Positions 45,703 to 45,867 of a DNA stretch of 45,867 bases are shown piece by piece. Under the pieces are notes generated by a model, which saw nothing but the letters and a program-made list of their open reading frames with translations, was not told where the DNA came from and did no database searches. The stretch's first letter is position 1; every line of letters starts with the position of its first letter. A program made the translations under genes and the position numbers. Origin of the DNA: a virus (Duplodnaviria > Caudoviricetes); the IMG/VR virus record IMGVR_UViG_3300037478_000216, positions 1-45,867 of that record; one strand, 5' to 3'.

Positions 45703-45867
45703 GGGTTCTGACATCTTGACAGTAACAAGACGTTACATCTCTGTCATTGTGGCACGAGTATGGTAACTACGTTTACAACGTGGTTACAGCGTATCCTGCC
45801 GTAACCGCATACTCGTGCCACAATGACAGAGATGTAACGACTTGTTACTGTCAAGATGTCAGAACCC
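45703..45867. repeat. Terminal 60-bp inverted repeat (fold-back) with a 45-nt spacer
   Basis: 45703-45762 versus 45808-45867 with one mismatch (A45730 opposite A45840). Confidence 0.9.

Noticed and set aside
45807-45820. Sigma54-like TGGCACG in the terminal hairpin arms
   Set aside because: GG-to-GC spacing is one base short on the right arm and GC is absent on the left arm.
1-45867. Integrase/att sites, protelomerase, reverse transcriptase/DGR, tRNAs, stop-codon reassignment
   Set aside because: No tyrosine or serine recombinase, YxDD RT or cloverleaf recognised by eye; genes tile densely under the standard code and use all three stops. Profile searches could still find divergent cases.

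Overview
The window looks like a near-complete tailed dsDNA phage genome (Caudoviricetes) with two divergent arms that start from a non-coding centre at about 16.23-17.02 kb. The leftward arm (229-16233, minus strand) holds DNA-metabolism and accessory genes: RNase HI, a beta-class amino-MTase, an SNF2/HARP-like helicase, an AAA kinase, a beta sliding clamp, a Cas4-like PD-(D/E)XK nuclease, RusA, an ECF sigma factor, two paralogous nucleotidyltransferases and an Ala-repeat protein. The rightward arm (17021-45658) holds terminase, portal, S49 protease, capsid, a divergent tail module, a lysis cassette (holin-like genes and a u-spanin-like lipoprotein), a metallophosphoesterase, a Sak4-like ATPase with an SSB, and a small terminal module behind three sigma54-type promoters. 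I could not recognise a DNA polymerase, primase, replicative helicase, initiator, integrase, endolysin, tRNA or CRISPR. The most unusual signals are non-coding: (i) a ~450-nt structured, possibly pseudoknotted leader running from a sigma70 promoter into the RNase H gene; (ii) a shared hairpin + C11 + TATCTG element in inverted orientation near both ends; (iii) a 60-bp fold-back at the right end; (iv) a triple sigma54 promoter cluster with enhancer-like palindromes. All assignments come from reading motifs by eye; no database searches or folding programs were run.
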